A stretch of 59,475 bases of DNA, filler included, from an uncultured bacterium (GTDB lineage Bacteria > UBP4 > UBA4092): assembly GCA_964644695.1 (NCBI GenBank). It is 3 parts of 3 records of this genome, joined end to end, with 100 filler letters (N's around TTAATTAATTAA, not from the genome) between each part and the next. Parts side by side here need not be neighbours in the genome. Positions count along the whole stretch, not along the records: positions 21,638 to 41,674 come from CAZXWN010000022.1; positions 41,775 to 59,475 come from CAZXWN010000023.1; 1 more part is not named here. One strand, 5' to 3'. Numbering within the stretch: position 1 is the first letter of the stretch; the number at the start of each line of letters is the position of its first letter. Both the position numbers and the translations under genes were made by a program. Positions 39,475-50,800 of this stretch are shown in pieces. The notes under the pieces are model-generated. The model ran no database searches and had not been told where the DNA came from. It was given only the letters and a program-made list of their open reading frames with translations.

Positions 39475-41556
39475 ATGTCGCGAAGTATTGATATTACTAA
39501 GGTCCGCAACCTCGGAATCATGGCTCATATTGATGCCGGGAAAACCACGACCACCGAACGAATCCTGTTCTATACCGGCAGAATTCATAAGATGGGCGAA
39601 GTCCATGACGGCGCCGCTGAAATGGATTGGATGGTCCAGGAAAAAGAGCGGGGTATTACGATTACCTCCGCCACCACGAAATGTATGTGGAAAGACCATC
39701 AAATCAACATTATTGATACGCCGGGCCATGTGGATTTCACTGTGGAAGTTGAGCGGAGCATCCGCGTCCTGGATGGTTCAGTTGCTTTGTTCTGCGCCGT
39801 GGGTGGTGTTGAACCGCAGTCTGAAACTGTCTGGCGTCAAGCGGATAAATACGGCGTGCCACGTCTTGCTTTTGTAAACAAAATGGACCGCACCGGTGCT
39901 GACTTCTATTCATGCGTGGATATGATGAAGAGCCGATTAGGTGCCAATCCTCTCCCTATTACTTTACCCATCGGTTCCGAAGATCAATTCAAAGGTATTG
40001 TTGATGTCGTTACCGGGAAGGCCTTGATTTGGCAGGGTGAAGAGTTAGGTGCCAAGTTTGATGAAATTGATATTCCTTCCGATATGCAGAAACTGTACAA
40101 ACAGTATCGTGACCGGCTTATTGAAGCTCTCGCTGATGTCGATGAGTCTGTGATGGAAAAATATCTGGCTGGAGAAGAAATCTCTCTCCCCGTTATTAAA
40201 TCCGCTCTTCGTCGCGGTACTTTAGAATGCAAATTTACTCCGGTAATGTGTGGAAGCTCCTTTAAAAACAAAGGTGTTCAGCCGTTATTGGATGCCGTTA
40301 TTGATTACATGCCGAGCCCGGCCGATGACCCGATTATCTCGGGTATCAATCCCCGGACAAATGAAAAAGAATCTCGTCGTGCCGAAGATTCTGAACCTTT
40401 CTCTGCATTAGCCTTTAAAGTTATGACAGATCCTTATGTCGGCAAGCTGACTTATTTCCGTGTTTACTCTGGCGTTCTTAAATCAGGTTCTTATGTTTTG
40501 AATGCCACTAATGGAAAGAAGGAACGTATCGGTCGTTTACTTCAGATGCACGCTAATAAGCGTCAGGATATTGAAGAAATTTGTACTGGTGACATTGCCG
40601 CAGTAGTCGGTCTGAAATATACAACGACCGGTGATACTTTAACCGATGAAGATCATCCTATTATTCTTGAATCGATGACCTTCCCGGAACCGGTTATTCA
40701 AATTGCGATCGAACCCAAAACTAAAGCGGATCAGGATAAACTAGGTTTATCTCTGGACCGTTTATCAGAAGAAGATCCTACTTTCCGTGTCAATGTTGAT
40801 GCTGAAACAGGTCAGACCTTGATTTCAGGTATGGGTGAACTCCACCTGGAAATCATTGTTGACCGTCTCATCCGTGAATTCAAGGTTGATGCAACTGTAG
40901 GTAAACCTCAGGTTGCTTACCGTGAAACCATCAAGAAGCCAGTTGAACAGGAAGGTAAATTCATCCGTCAGTCTGGTGGTCGTGGTCAATACGGTCATTG
41001 CGTACTTCGCATTGAACCAATGGAACCAGGTTTTGGTTTTGAATTTGTGAATGAAATCGTCGGTGGTGTGGTTCCTCGTGAATACATCCCCGCTGTTGAA
41101 AAGGGCGTTATTGAAGCCATGAAGACTGGTGTCTTGGCCGGTTATCCGGTGGTAGATATCAAAGTCAGTATCCTGGATGGTTCTTATCATGATGTTGACT
41201 CTTCAGAAATGGCCTTCAAGATCGCCGGTTCTATGGCTTTCCAGGCAGGTGCCAAAAAAGCTCATCCCATTCTTCTTGAACCGGTAATGGCTGTTGAAGT
41301 TGTTACACCAGAAGAATTCATGGGTGATGTTATTGGTAACCTCAGTTCCCGTCGTGGCCGGGTATCCGGTCTTGATAAACGGGGTAACGGTCAAGTCATT
41401 AGAGCCCATGCTCCACTGTCTGACATGTTTGGATACGCAACTGCCTTACGTTCTTTAACTCAAGGCCGTGCAAACTACAGCATGCAGTTCAGTCATTATG
41501 AAGAAGTACCCAAAAACGTTGCTGAAACAATTGTCTCAGCTGCGACAGGTAAATAG
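39475..41556 (+). CDS. fusA: Elongation factor G
   Basis: [35 protein letters not shown]. Confidence 0.99.
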   Translation: MSRSIDITKVRNLGIMAHIDAGKTTTTERILFYTGRIHKMGEVHDGAAEMDWMVQEKERGITITSATTKCMWKDHQINIIDTPGHVDFTVEVERSIRVLDGSVALFCAVGGVEPQSETVWRQADKYGVPRLAFVNKMDRTGADFYSCVDMMKSRLGANPLPITLPIGSEDQFKGIVDVVTGKALIWQGEELGAKFDEIDIPSDMQKLYKQYRDRLIEALADVDESVMEKYLAGEEISLPVIKSALRRGTLECKFTPVMCGSSFKNKGVQPLLDAVIDYMPSPADDPIISGINPRTNEKESRRAEDSEPFSALAFKVMTDPYVGKLTYFRVYSGVLKSGSYVLNATNGKKERIGRLLQMHANKRQDIEEICTGDIAAVVGLKYTTTGDTLTDEDHPIILESMTFPEPVIQIAIEPKTKADQDKLGLSLDRLSEEDPTFRVNVDAETGQTLISGMGELHLEIIVDRLIREFKVDATVGKPQVAYRETIKKPVEQEGKFIRQSGGRGQYGHCVLRIEPMEPGFGFEFVNEIVGGVVPREYIPAVEKGVIEAMKTGVLAGYPVVDIKVSILDGSYHDVDSSEMAFKIAGSMAFQAGAKKAHPILLEPVMAVEVVTPEEFMGDVIGNLSSRRGRVSGLDKRGNGQVIRAHAPLSDMFGYATALRSLTQGRANYSMQFSHYEEVPKNVAETIVSAATGK

Positions 41557-41633
41557 ATACTAGAAAAGCGAAACGCCGATTCGTCGGTGTAACCGGGAAT
41601 AAATAACCCAAGTTGCTTAAGGAGAAATGACCC

Positions 41634-41674
41634 ATGGCGAAAGCTAAATTTGAGCGCAAGAAACCGCATGTTAA
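41634..41674 (+). CDS. tuf: Elongation factor Tu, 5' end (truncated at contig end)
   Basis: MAKAKFERKKPHV after AAGGAG, directly downstream of fusA. Confidence 0.93.
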
Positions 41675-41774
41675 NNNNNNNNNNNNNNNNNNNNNNNNNN
41701 NNNNNNNNNNNNNNNNNNTTAATTAATTAANNNNNNNNNNNNNNNNNNNNNNNNNNNNNNNNNNNNNNNNNNNN
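41675..41774. other. Artificial contig-joining linker
   Basis: 44 N + TTAATTAATTAA + 44 N, identical to 21538-21637. Confidence 0.97.
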
Positions 41775-43310
41775 TTATTCCCACTCAATGGTGCCCGGAG
41801 GCTTCGAAGAAATATCGTACACGACTCGATTAACCCCATCGACTTCATTGATGATGCGGCTGGATATGGTTTCCAATACTTCATAGGGAAGTTTTGCCCA
41901 ATCGGCAGTCATGGCATCATCGGAGGTCACTGCCCGCAAGGCAATAACATCGGCATAGGTTCTTTCATCGCCCATGACACCGACAGTTTTGACCGGAAGA
42001 AGGACCCCGAATACTTGCCAGAGTTTAGAATACCAACCACAGGCTTTGATTTCATCCAAGATAATATCATCAGCTTCCCGGAGGACATCCAGACGGGCTT
42101 TGGTGATGGGTCCAATCAAACGGACGGCCAGTCCCGGACCCGGGAATGGATGACGCCACAGGAAGTCATGTGGAATCCCCAGTTCTTCGCCTAAGGCTCG
42201 AACTTCATCTTTGAATAATTCGCGGAGAGGTTCTACCAGTTTGAATTTCATGTTTTTGGGGAGACCACCCACATTATGGTGGGATTTGATGGTTGCGGAG
42301 GGTCCCTTGGTGGATATGGACTCAATGACATCTGGATACAGGGTGCCTTGAGCCAGGTATTTGGCATTTTTGAACTGTTTTGCTTCTTCTTCAAAAATCC
42401 GGATGAACTCACGGCCGATGATTTTCCGTTTGCGCTCTGGATCAGCAACGCCTTTGAGCTTTTTCAGGAACCGGTCTTCTGCGTCCACGAAGTCCAGTTT
42501 AATTCCAAATTGTTTGCGGAAGGTGAAAAGAACTTTTTCTGCTTCATCTTTGCGGAGAAGCCCATTATTCACAAAAATGCAGGTCAATCGCTTTCCAATT
42601 GCTTTGTGGATGAGAACGGCGGTCACGGTTGAATCTACACCGCCAGAAACGGCACAGATAACTTCATCGTCGCCGACAGTGTCCTGAATCTGTTTAACAG
42701 CTTTTTCTACAAAAGAATGCATGCTCCAGTCTGCGGAACATTTACACAAATTAAACAGGAAATTATCGAGAATTTTCTGGCCAAACTGTGTATGAACTAC
42801 TTCGGGATGGAACTGGACACCGTAGAGTTCCCGTTCTTCGTTTGCAATGGCTGTGATCGGAGTGTTTTCACTTTCTGCCAGGACATCGAATCCTTTTGGC
42901 GGACGGGTCACTTGATCTCCATGGCTCATCCAGACAACGCTTTCTGCAGGAACGTCCACAAACAGAGGATGTTTTTTTACGATTTTGATGGGGGTACGGC
43001 CATATTCACGGCGAGAGCCCCGTTCGACCTTACCCTTGAGGTTAAAGGACATCAATTGCATCCCATAGCAAACTCCGAGGGTAGGAATCCCGGTATCAAA
43101 CAGACCGGGGATTGCTTTAGGGGCATCCTTTGCATAAACGCTGGCCGGTCCTCCCGAAAGAATAATCCCGTTGGGGTTACGATTTAACAGAGCTTTGAGG
43201 TCGGCTGTTGGGGGGTGGATTTCACAGTAAACCTTTTTTTCCCGAATACGACGGGCGATAAGCTGGGTGTACTGAGATCCATAATCCAGAATGACAATAA
43301 AATCTGACAT
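41775..43310 (-). CDS. guaA: GMP synthase (glutamine-hydrolysing)
   Basis: [42 protein letters not shown]. Confidence 0.98.
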   Translation of the reverse strand: MSDFIVILDYGSQYTQLIARRIREKKVYCEIHPPTADLKALLNRNPNGIILSGGPASVYAKDAPKAIPGLFDTGIPTLGVCYGMQLMSFNLKGKVERGSRREYGRTPIKIVKKHPLFVDVPAESVVWMSHGDQVTRPPKGFDVLAESENTPITAIANEERELYGVQFHPEVVHTQFGQKILDNFLFNLCKCSADWSMHSFVEKAVKQIQDTVGDDEVICAVSGGVDSTVTAVLIHKAIGKRLTCIFVNNGLLRKDEAEKVLFTFRKQFGIKLDFVDAEDRFLKKLKGVADPERKRKIIGREFIRIFEEEAKQFKNAKYLAQGTLYPDVIESISTKGPSATIKSHHNVGGLPKNMKFKLVEPLRELFKDEVRALGEELGIPHDFLWRHPFPGPGLAVRLIGPITKARLDVLREADDIILDEIKACGWYSKLWQVFGVLLPVKTVGVMGDERTYADVIALRAVTSDDAMTADWAKLPYEVLETISSRIINEVDGVNRVVYDISSKPPGTIEWE

Positions 43311-43462
43311 GTACTGACTCCCGATTCATGGTCTTGTAGTGGCAGGTGCCTTGATGCCCGGCTAAAAAAACGGTTTTTTGGGTGCCAAGGCTTATCTGAC
43401 TATGTTATCATAAAAAGCCACTAGTAAGCTCTAAAAACCCTAGGAAAACAAGGAGTCTTGGC

Positions 43463-44641
43463 ATGAATAAGATGTCTATTACCGATGTGGATGTAAAAGG
43501 AAAAAGGGTTCTGACTCGTTTAGACCTCAATGTCCCCATGGACGAAAACCTTAGTATTACTGATGATACAAGAGTTCGAGCTTCCCTACCGACCGTAAAA
43601 TATATCATTGAAAACGGTGGTAAAGCGATCCTGATGTCTCATTTAGGCCGGCCCAAAGGTCAGGTGAATGATAAGTACCGGTTAGGTGCTGTGGCAAAAC
43701 GGTTGAGTGAACTTCTCGGTCAGAATGTTGTCTATGTGACTGATTGTATCGGACCAGATGCTGAAGCGGCTGTGGCCGGTTTAAAAGATGGCGATGTTTG
43801 TCTGTTGGAAAATGTTCGCTTCTATGCTGAAGAAGAGAAAAATAACCCTGAATTTGCTGCCAAATTAGCCAAACTGGGTGATATTTATTGTAATGATGCG
43901 TTTGGATCTGCTCACCGGGCCCATGCTTCCACGGAGGGTGTCACCAAATATCTTTCCCCGTCTGTGGCTGGCTTCCTGATGCAGAAAGAACTGGATTTCC
44001 TGGGGAAAGCTCTTGCGAACCCGGAACGTCCGTTTATTGCCATTATCGGCGGCGCCAAAGTCTCCAGTAAGATCAGTGTTATCAAAAACTTACTTCCGAA
44101 AGTAGATAAACTGCTTCTCGGTGGTGCCATGACTTATACTTTCTACAAAGCCAAAGGTTTAGAAATTGGCAAATCTTTATTAGAGCCTGATTATGTCCCG
44201 CTGGCCGCAGAATTATTAGCCGAAGCTGGCGACAAGCTGGTTATCCCCGTTGATAACATGGTGGCGGATGCATTTTCTGCAGATGCCAATACTCAGCTGG
44301 TAGAACGTGATTCCTTCCCCTCTGATTATGAGGGTGTGGATATCGGTCCCCAAACAATGGAAAATTTCAAAGAAATCATTGCTTCCGCAAAGACGATTGT
44401 CTGGAACGGTCCATTAGGTGTTTTTGAAATTGACAAGTTTGCCACTGGCACAACAACGATTGCCAAGGCCGTTGGTGCTTCCAGCGCGGTAACCATTATT
44501 GGTGGTGGTGATTCCATTGCTGCTTTGGAAAAAGCCGGTTGTATTGATAAGATGAGCCACGTTTCCACCGGTGGTGGTGCTTCCCTGGAATTCCTGGAAG
44601 GCAAAGTTCTTCCCGGTGTAGCCGCTCTGACTGACAAGTAA
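43463..44641 (+). CDS. pgk: Phosphoglycerate kinase
   Basis: [38 protein letters not shown]. Confidence 0.98.
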   Translation: MNKMSITDVDVKGKRVLTRLDLNVPMDENLSITDDTRVRASLPTVKYIIENGGKAILMSHLGRPKGQVNDKYRLGAVAKRLSELLGQNVVYVTDCIGPDAEAAVAGLKDGDVCLLENVRFYAEEEKNNPEFAAKLAKLGDIYCNDAFGSAHRAHASTEGVTKYLSPSVAGFLMQKELDFLGKALANPERPFIAIIGGAKVSSKISVIKNLLPKVDKLLLGGAMTYTFYKAKGLEIGKSLLEPDYVPLAAELLAEAGDKLVIPVDNMVADAFSADANTQLVERDSFPSDYEGVDIGPQTMENFKEIIASAKTIVWNGPLGVFEIDKFATGTTTIAKAVGASSAVTIIGGGDSIAALEKAGCIDKMSHVSTGGGASLEFLEGKVLPGVAALTDK

Positions 44642-44661
44642 TTTTGATAATAAATCCAATC

Positions 44662-44690
44662 GCCCCCCTGACAACATCAGGGGGGCATTT
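44662..44690 (+). terminator. Terminator after pgk
   Basis: GCCCCCCTGA/TCAGGGGGGC then ATTT. Confidence 0.7.
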
Positions 44691-44790
44691 CTATATCTGT
44701 GATTTGCACTCTGCTGAAATTCCCGATAGCATATAAAGAAGCGAGAATTCGGTCCCAACCCCACACCTAGATGAAGGAGAAAATCCTATT

Positions 44791-46203
44791 ATGTCCAACG
44801 ATACTACAGTGAAAACTCGTAAAGAAACCGACAGTATGGGAGCTATTGAGGTTCCCTGTGACCGGTATTATGGTGCACAGACGGCTCGTTCTTTGATTCA
44901 TTTTGATATTGCAAACGACGTAATGCCCCGTGAACTGATTCGTGCTTTTGGCCTATTGAAAAAGTCGGCGGCTTTGGTCAATAAAGAACTTGGAAAACTT
45001 CCCGCTGATAAAGCGGACCTGATTGTAAAGGCCTGTGATGAAGTCATCAGTGGAAAACTGGATGAGCACTTCCCGTTACGCATCTGGCAGACCGGTTCCG
45101 GGACTCAGACGAATATGAACACTAATGAAGTTGTGTCCAACAGGGCCATTGAAATTGCAGGTGGTGAGATGGGAAGCAAGAAACCCGTTCATCCCAATGA
45201 CCATGTCAATATGTCCCAATCCTCCAATGACACTTTCCCAACTGCCATGCACATCGCTGCTGCTGAACAGGTGGTGCATTATCTGATCCCCGCTGTCAAA
45301 CAACTCCGTGACGGGCTTGCCAGGAAGTCTGAGGAATATAAAGACATCATCAAAAGTGGCCGGACTCACCTGATGGATGCCACCCCCATTACTTTGGGCC
45401 AGGAATTCTCCGGTTATGTGGCTCAGTTAGATCAGGATTTAGACCGGTTCCAAGTTATTCTCCCAGACCTTTTCAAATTAGCATTAGGTGGAACGGCGGT
45501 GGGTACGGGTTTGAATACACATCCGGAATTTGCTGAACGCGGTGCCGCCAAGATTGCGGAATTAACGGGACTGCCGTTTGTGAGTGCTCCGAATAAGTTT
45601 GCTTACCTGGCTGCTCATGACCCCTTTGTGATGGCCTCCGGTGCCCTGAAAACTCTGGCCTGCACCCTGATGAAGATTGCCAATGATTTCCGGTGGATGG
45701 GTTCCGGTCCACGGTGTGGTCTGGGTGAATTATTACTGCCCGAAAATGAACCCGGTTCTTCCATTATGCCCGGCAAGGTCAATCCTACCCAGTCCGAAGC
45801 CATGACCATGGTGGCGGTTCAGGTTATGGGAAATGATGCGGCGATTGGATTTGCGGCATCCCAGGGTAACTTTGAATTAAATGTCTTTAAGCCGGTGATA
45901 ATCCATAACTTTCTCCATTCGGTCCGGTTACTGGCGGATACCTGCCGTTCCTTTGATGAACATTGTGTTAAAGACCTTCAGGTCAATCGGGACAGGGTAA
46001 ATTTCTACATGGAACAGTCTTTAATGTTGGTGACGGCTTTGAGTCCCTTGATTGGATATGACAAATCCTCTCAGGTGGCCAAAAAAGCCCATCATGAAGG
46101 GACTTCTTTGAAGGAAGCCTGTATGGCCCTGGGTTATGCAACAGAAGAAGAATTTAATAAGTATGTTCGACCGGAAAAAATGATTGGTCCTGATGAAGTC
46201 TAA
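44791..46203 (+). CDS. fumC: Class II fumarate hydratase
   Basis: [37 protein letters not shown]. Confidence 0.97.
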   Translation: MSNDTTVKTRKETDSMGAIEVPCDRYYGAQTARSLIHFDIANDVMPRELIRAFGLLKKSAALVNKELGKLPADKADLIVKACDEVISGKLDEHFPLRIWQTGSGTQTNMNTNEVVSNRAIEIAGGEMGSKKPVHPNDHVNMSQSSNDTFPTAMHIAAAEQVVHYLIPAVKQLRDGLARKSEEYKDIIKSGRTHLMDATPITLGQEFSGYVAQLDQDLDRFQVILPDLFKLALGGTAVGTGLNTHPEFAERGAAKIAELTGLPFVSAPNKFAYLAAHDPFVMASGALKTLACTLMKIANDFRWMGSGPRCGLGELLLPENEPGSSIMPGKVNPTQSEAMTMVAVQVMGNDAAIGFAASQGNFELNVFKPVIIHNFLHSVRLLADTCRSFDEHCVKDLQVNRDRVNFYMEQSLMLVTALSPLIGYDKSSQVAKKAHHEGTSLKEACMALGYATEEEFNKYVRPEKMIGPDEV

Positions 46204-46224
46204 GTGATAAAAACAGGTTACTTA

Positions 46225-46265
46225 AAGGCCCGAATCAGCAAGTTTTGTTGATTCGGGCCTTACTT
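46225..46265 (+). terminator. Terminator after fumC
   Basis: AAGGCCCGAATCAGCA/TGTTGATTCGGGCCTT. Confidence 0.65.
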
Positions 46266-46366
46266 ATTATAGAGATGATAACAACTCTTATTGACGGTAT
46301 ATTGCATGTATGTTAAAAGAGAACTGTCAATATTGTGCCACTGAATCTTAAAAAAGTGAGGGATGT

Positions 46367-48274
46367 ATGAAATATTCAACTTTAATGAAGTTAATTTCCA
46401 GTGTTCTATTTACGGGGGTGTTGATAGCGGCTTCATCTGCCGAAACTAGCGTAAAAGACCTCCAAATGGCTCCAGTAAACCCTGATTTTACAGCTTATCA
46501 GGCCATTGAAAAGACAGGGAAAGTCCAGACATATACCAAAGACTGGAATGCCCTCGGTGAAATGCCGAATCCCATCGATAAATCATATTTGAAAAACTTT
46601 ATTCTCCCCCCTTCCAAAAATGCTGAAGCAAAAAGTCTCCCCGTATCCTTTGATTTGAGAACAACGGACAAACTTCCCGCCGTCCGCAATCAGGCAAACT
46701 GTGGTTCCTGTTGGACCTTCGGATCGCTGGCTTCTCTTGAATCCGGTATGCTGCCGGGTGAAGTGTGGGATTTCTCCGAAAACAATATGAAAAATACTCA
46801 TGGATTTTTATCATCCCCCTGCGCAGGTGGAAATGATAACAAAGCTTCAGCCTATTTATTACGGTGGTCAGGTCCTATCCTGGAAGCAGATGACCCCTAT
46901 AATGACATTGATGTCAGTGACTCACCTGCTGGATTAAGCCCCCGCAAACATGTCCAGAATATCTATGAGCTTACCGGTGATTTTACAGAACTGAAGCAGG
47001 CTATCATGAGTCATGGCGTTGTCAAAGTGAGTATGTTTTGGGATGATGCGGCCTATAATTCGACGAACAAATCTTTCTATTACCAGAATCCTACTTCGAC
47101 GAACCATGCCGTTTCAGTCGTTGGATGGGATGATAATTACAGCGCAAGTAATTTCAATGTTACCGCTCCCGGTAACGGTGCCTGGATTATCCGGAACAAC
47201 TGGAGTTCGGCATGGGGTGATGGTGGTTACTTCTATATTTCCTATTATGATGCAGTAGCACCGGCCTCCCCCACTATATATGCACCGGCTCAATCGACAA
47301 CCGTTTACCATCATGTTTATCAATATGACCCCTTCGGACATATAACGGATATTGGATATAGCCGAATCACTGCCTGGGTTGGTAATATTTTTACGGCCCA
47401 GTCTAATGAATACCTTGCCGCTGTGGGAACCTATTTTGCCACTCCCGGGTCATCCTATGACGTGTATGTTTATTCAAATGTAACCAGTGCAATAGGTCCC
47501 AGAACAGGCTCTTTGGTTTATCAAAATACCGGTACTGTTACAAATGCGGGGTATTCAACAATCAGTTTGAATACTGTTTTGTTCCTGCCTTCTGCCCAGA
47601 AATTTTCTGTGGTCATGAGACTGATTACCCCCGGGTACAATTATCCAATACCTTTGGAATATCCCGTTTCCGGATATTGCACGACAGATGCTGCAGCCGG
47701 TCAAAGTTGGATCAGTTCTGGTGGATCCAGTTGGCAGGATATAACAAGCCTTGGCGGTAATTATGCGTTAACGAATATCTGCGTCAAAGCCTATACTGTC
47801 AGTTGTGGCAGCACTCAGCAGGTTCAGGTGAGCGCCAAAGAACCCGTGACTTTCCATCTGATGACCTATAGTCCTTCCACCGTTTACACTCCATTGACGG
47901 TTAATGTTAATGCCGTCACAGGGACAGATACTTTGACTGTCACCGCCTTTGACCAGAAACATCCGAATGCTGTCAGTGGCTACTATGCATCCCGATGGTT
48001 CAGAATCCAGAGTACCGGTGGAATTACAGATGCCAATTTAACCTTAAACTTTACGGATCAGGACTTGTCAGATTCCAGCATCTCCGAAGATGGGCTGCTG
48101 TTTGCTAAATATTCTGGAGGAAGTTGGTATTATACGTCTCCCTCCTCCAAAAATCTGACGACGAATTTGTTCACCTTGAACAATGTGACATCGTTCTCGG
48201 ATTGGACCTTGTCTGGACCCGATGGTGTGCCGGTCGATGTTTCAGAGTTCCAAGTAGAAGATTCTATTCAATAA
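46367..48274 (+). CDS. Secreted C1A (papain-like) cysteine peptidase with lectin-like and C-terminal beta domains
   Basis: Signal peptide; QANCGSCWTF (Cys), NHAVSVVGWDD (His), WIIRNNW...WGDGGYFYISY; YQYDPFG...ICVKAYT lectin-like domain. Confidence 0.88.
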   Translation: MKYSTLMKLISSVLFTGVLIAASSAETSVKDLQMAPVNPDFTAYQAIEKTGKVQTYTKDWNALGEMPNPIDKSYLKNFILPPSKNAEAKSLPVSFDLRTTDKLPAVRNQANCGSCWTFGSLASLESGMLPGEVWDFSENNMKNTHGFLSSPCAGGNDNKASAYLLRWSGPILEADDPYNDIDVSDSPAGLSPRKHVQNIYELTGDFTELKQAIMSHGVVKVSMFWDDAAYNSTNKSFYYQNPTSTNHAVSVVGWDDNYSASNFNVTAPGNGAWIIRNNWSSAWGDGGYFYISYYDAVAPASPTIYAPAQSTTVYHHVYQYDPFGHITDIGYSRITAWVGNIFTAQSNEYLAAVGTYFATPGSSYDVYVYSNVTSAIGPRTGSLVYQNTGTVTNAGYSTISLNTVLFLPSAQKFSVVMRLITPGYNYPIPLEYPVSGYCTTDAAAGQSWISSGGSSWQDITSLGGNYALTNICVKAYTVSCGSTQQVQVSAKEPVTFHLMTYSPSTVYTPLTVNVNAVTGTDTLTVTAFDQKHPNAVSGYYASRWFRIQSTGGITDANLTLNFTDQDLSDSSISEDGLLFAKYSGGSWYYTSPSSKNLTTNLFTLNNVTSFSDWTLSGPDGVPVDVSEFQVEDSIQ

Positions 48275-48349
48275 AATAAATCAAACAACCCTTTTTTCTG
48301 TAAGAAAGAGGAGATAATCAGATCTATCCAATTGGGAGGACAGATTAGA

Positions 48350-48835
48350 ATGAAAAAAGTTATTTGGGCATTAATGTTAGGTCTCATGGTTGGAATGGTG
48401 GGGATGGGATGGGCCTTCACAGATGATTTTGAAGGTGGGAATCCCTGGACTGATAATCAAGGCAGTGTGAATGTCAGTATCACCCAAAACCATACCACGG
48501 GTGGAATGTACAGCATGTTAGGTGTCGCTACCTTTTCTGCACCGGCAGTGGCCTATCGGCAGGAAACCTCGGCCGCAGTGGGTGAGAGCTGGACTGTTAC
48601 AGGATGGATTTTCCGGAATGGTGGAACCGTTCAATTTGGATGGAACGACCATACATTATCCAACCAATCCGGTTCGACCAATACCTGGGTACAGGTAACA
48701 GATACGATTACATTCTCGACCGGGGCGACTTTTGATGTGAAGTTTTTTGTTTCAGGTACAGGGACCCAGGCTTATTTGGATGATGTGGTGACCAGCAAAA
48801 ATACGCCCGTGACCGATTGGGCTCTTTACGAATAA
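48350..48835 (+). CDS. Small secreted beta-sandwich (CBM-like) protein
   Basis: Signal peptide ending GWA; FTDDFEGG...AYLDDV pattern; ATG 48350 after GGAGG. Confidence 0.7.
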   Translation: MKKVIWALMLGLMVGMVGMGWAFTDDFEGGNPWTDNQGSVNVSITQNHTTGGMYSMLGVATFSAPAVAYRQETSAAVGESWTVTGWIFRNGGTVQFGWNDHTLSNQSGSTNTWVQVTDTITFSTGATFDVKFFVSGTGTQAYLDDVVTSKNTPVTDWALYE

Positions 48836-48846
48836 AGGAAGTGAAT

Positions 48847-48882
48847 AAAAAGCAGGATTTCTTCGGAGGTCCTGCTTTTATT
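48847..48882 (+). terminator. Intrinsic terminator
   Basis: AAAAGCAGGATTT-cTTCGg-AGGTCCTGCTTTT. Confidence 0.8.
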
Positions 48883-48941
48883 ATTTATTTTATTTGCAGG
48901 ATAACTATACAAAAGACCCTGTTCCGGCTGATAATTTCTTT

Positions 48942-50372
48942 ATGAATAAGTATTTGAAATATATCTGGATAATAACACTCACCAGTCTTCTGGTGATTTC
49001 TTTTGGTTGGTCGGAGCAGGTCGTCTTGCGATTGCGGGACAGTGGTGATGTCCAAGGTGAACTTCTCGCCAAAGAGAGTGACCAATACCTCCTGGAATTA
49101 AATAACGGGGTAAAAAGGTATTATCCCAAGGCGAAGGTTCGTGAAATTATGTCCGCTGCGGAATGGCACAGCCGGCGGGGAGATAGTTTTGCCTCCGTGG
49201 GTGAACAGTCAAAGGCTGTGGAAGCGTATCAGACAGCTCTTAAACTGGATCCCGACAATTCCCATGCAAAGAAAGGTCTCCAGTCTCTTCGTGCGAAAGA
49301 CGAAGACACCCGGAAGACCCAATCCAACCAGCAGTATGCCACTTTAATGGAACGGGGGAATGCCCGGTTACGGGAAGGGAATTATCTTCAGGCATCAACC
49401 GCCTTCCAACTGGCACTCCAGATCCAAAATACTTCCGAGGCACGGGAAAAACTGGGCCAGGCTGTAAAAGCTGAAGATGACCGGAAACAGGCCCTGCGTG
49501 CCCGGGTCACTCCTAAACCAACACCCACTCCGACACCGACACCCCGGCCCACACCAACTCCCACGGATGAGCCGGATCCGTTTACTGCCACGAATCAGGG
49601 TAAATATTCCCTGTGGTCAGACTTCTTTAATGGCCGTTCTGAGGATACCGTTTCATCTGATACTACCGGGGGACCCACCGGACCCGCAGGGACAACTATT
49701 CCACAAAAAGGACCTTTCACTGTTGGAGGGCCAGCTCGTAAAACGGGATTATCTCTCTGGTGGTATCTGATCCCCTGTGTTTTGGCTTTGTTGGCAGTAC
49801 TGGTTTCAGTGTTACAGCGGAAGCCTCAGACTTTATCCAAAATAGAACCGGTGAAAGAAGATAAACCCGGTGAAGTTGCCAAACTCGAAGGGCCTCCAGA
49901 CCGGACCCGGTATTGCCTGTTATTTGGCAGGATTTGTTATGCGGCCATTGTCAGTGGACGGGTTTTGGATGATGAGGTGTTGAAGGTTCTGAAACAGGGA
50001 TTGGACCAGTTCAATTTTGAAAATCGTGAAAAGGACTGGATTATTCATTATATTAAGATGTCCATGGCACGGGATGTGAATGTCACTCCGGGCCAATACT
50101 CACAGCTCCGCGGTCTGTTAACAACAACGGAACGAACTAACCTCCTTAAATTATTATTAGACCTGTGCCGTGCGGATAAAGCATTATCGGCTGCGGAACA
50201 GGGTTTCCTTCAGCAGGCTGGGCTGGCTTTGTGGTTGGGGCGTGACACCTATCGTGAATTGGAAAATCGTCATCTCCAAACTCCTTCACAGGGGACGCAA
50301 ATCCCTGACCAGGAAAAGAAACCAGAGCCGGAACAAGATTCCAAACCGGATGATAACCCCAATCCTTCCTGA
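48942..50372 (+). CDS. TPR-containing membrane protein with C-terminal TerB-like domain
   Basis: Signal/TM, TPRs (AVEAYQTALKLDPDNSHA), (PT)n linker, TM, LCRADKALSAAEQGFLQQ. Confidence 0.7.
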   Translation: MNKYLKYIWIITLTSLLVISFGWSEQVVLRLRDSGDVQGELLAKESDQYLLELNNGVKRYYPKAKVREIMSAAEWHSRRGDSFASVGEQSKAVEAYQTALKLDPDNSHAKKGLQSLRAKDEDTRKTQSNQQYATLMERGNARLREGNYLQASTAFQLALQIQNTSEAREKLGQAVKAEDDRKQALRARVTPKPTPTPTPTPRPTPTPTDEPDPFTATNQGKYSLWSDFFNGRSEDTVSSDTTGGPTGPAGTTIPQKGPFTVGGPARKTGLSLWWYLIPCVLALLAVLVSVLQRKPQTLSKIEPVKEDKPGEVAKLEGPPDRTRYCLLFGRICYAAIVSGRVLDDEVLKVLKQGLDQFNFENREKDWIIHYIKMSMARDVNVTPGQYSQLRGLLTTTERTNLLKLLLDLCRADKALSAAEQGFLQQAGLALWLGRDTYRELENRHLQTPSQGTQIPDQEKKPEPEQDSKPDDNPNPS

Positions 50373-50386
50373 GGCATTACCCCATC

Positions 50387-50794
50387 ATGATATCGAATGA
50401 ATTAACTCAAACTGTTGCCTGTTGTGGTCTGGTTTGCGGTCTGTGCCATCTGGCATCAGAGTGTCCGGGGTGCAGGACTCAACCGGGGGCTTGTGAAAAA
50501 CTTCAGGGGAAGAAAGCCACCTGTTATCAACGGAAATGTTGTTCTGAAAAGGGACTCCTGGGATGTTGGGAATGTTCAGATTTCCCCTGTGGACAGGATA
50601 TGTTCAGTCCCTCTCACGATATTAAAATCCAAGCCTATGTCCAATGTATCCGTGAAGAAGGGTTAGGTAATTTCATTGGGTATCTTTTGGAAAACCAGAA
50701 AAAGGGTATCCAGTATGGATATAACAAGGATTATGACCATCGAAATAATATCCAGGAAGTCTTAGATTTGTTGCGGGGAAACAGGAAACCTTAA
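50387..50794 (+). CDS. DUF3795-like Cys-rich protein
   Basis: ACCGLVCGLC, CPGC, CC..KG..GCWECSDFPC. Confidence 0.8.
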   Translation: MISNELTQTVACCGLVCGLCHLASECPGCRTQPGACEKLQGKKATCYQRKCCSEKGLLGCWECSDFPCGQDMFSPSHDIKIQAYVQCIREEGLGNFIGYLLENQKKGIQYGYNKDYDHRNNIQEVLDLLRGNRKP

Positions 50795-50800
50795 ATTACA

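Noticed and set aside
43311-43462. Possible purine riboswitch upstream of guaA
   Set aside because: No purine-riboswitch core recognisable; short divergent promoter region shared with pgk.
39035-44764. Many 60-190-aa alternative-frame or antisense ORFs inside rpsG, fusA, guaA and pgk (and similar ones across the window)
   Set aside because: Nested in well-supported genes with no motifs; expected from codon bias.
49507-49566. Tandem CCNACN repeats
   Set aside because: They encode a Pro-Thr linker with synonymous variation; not a CRISPR or VNTR.
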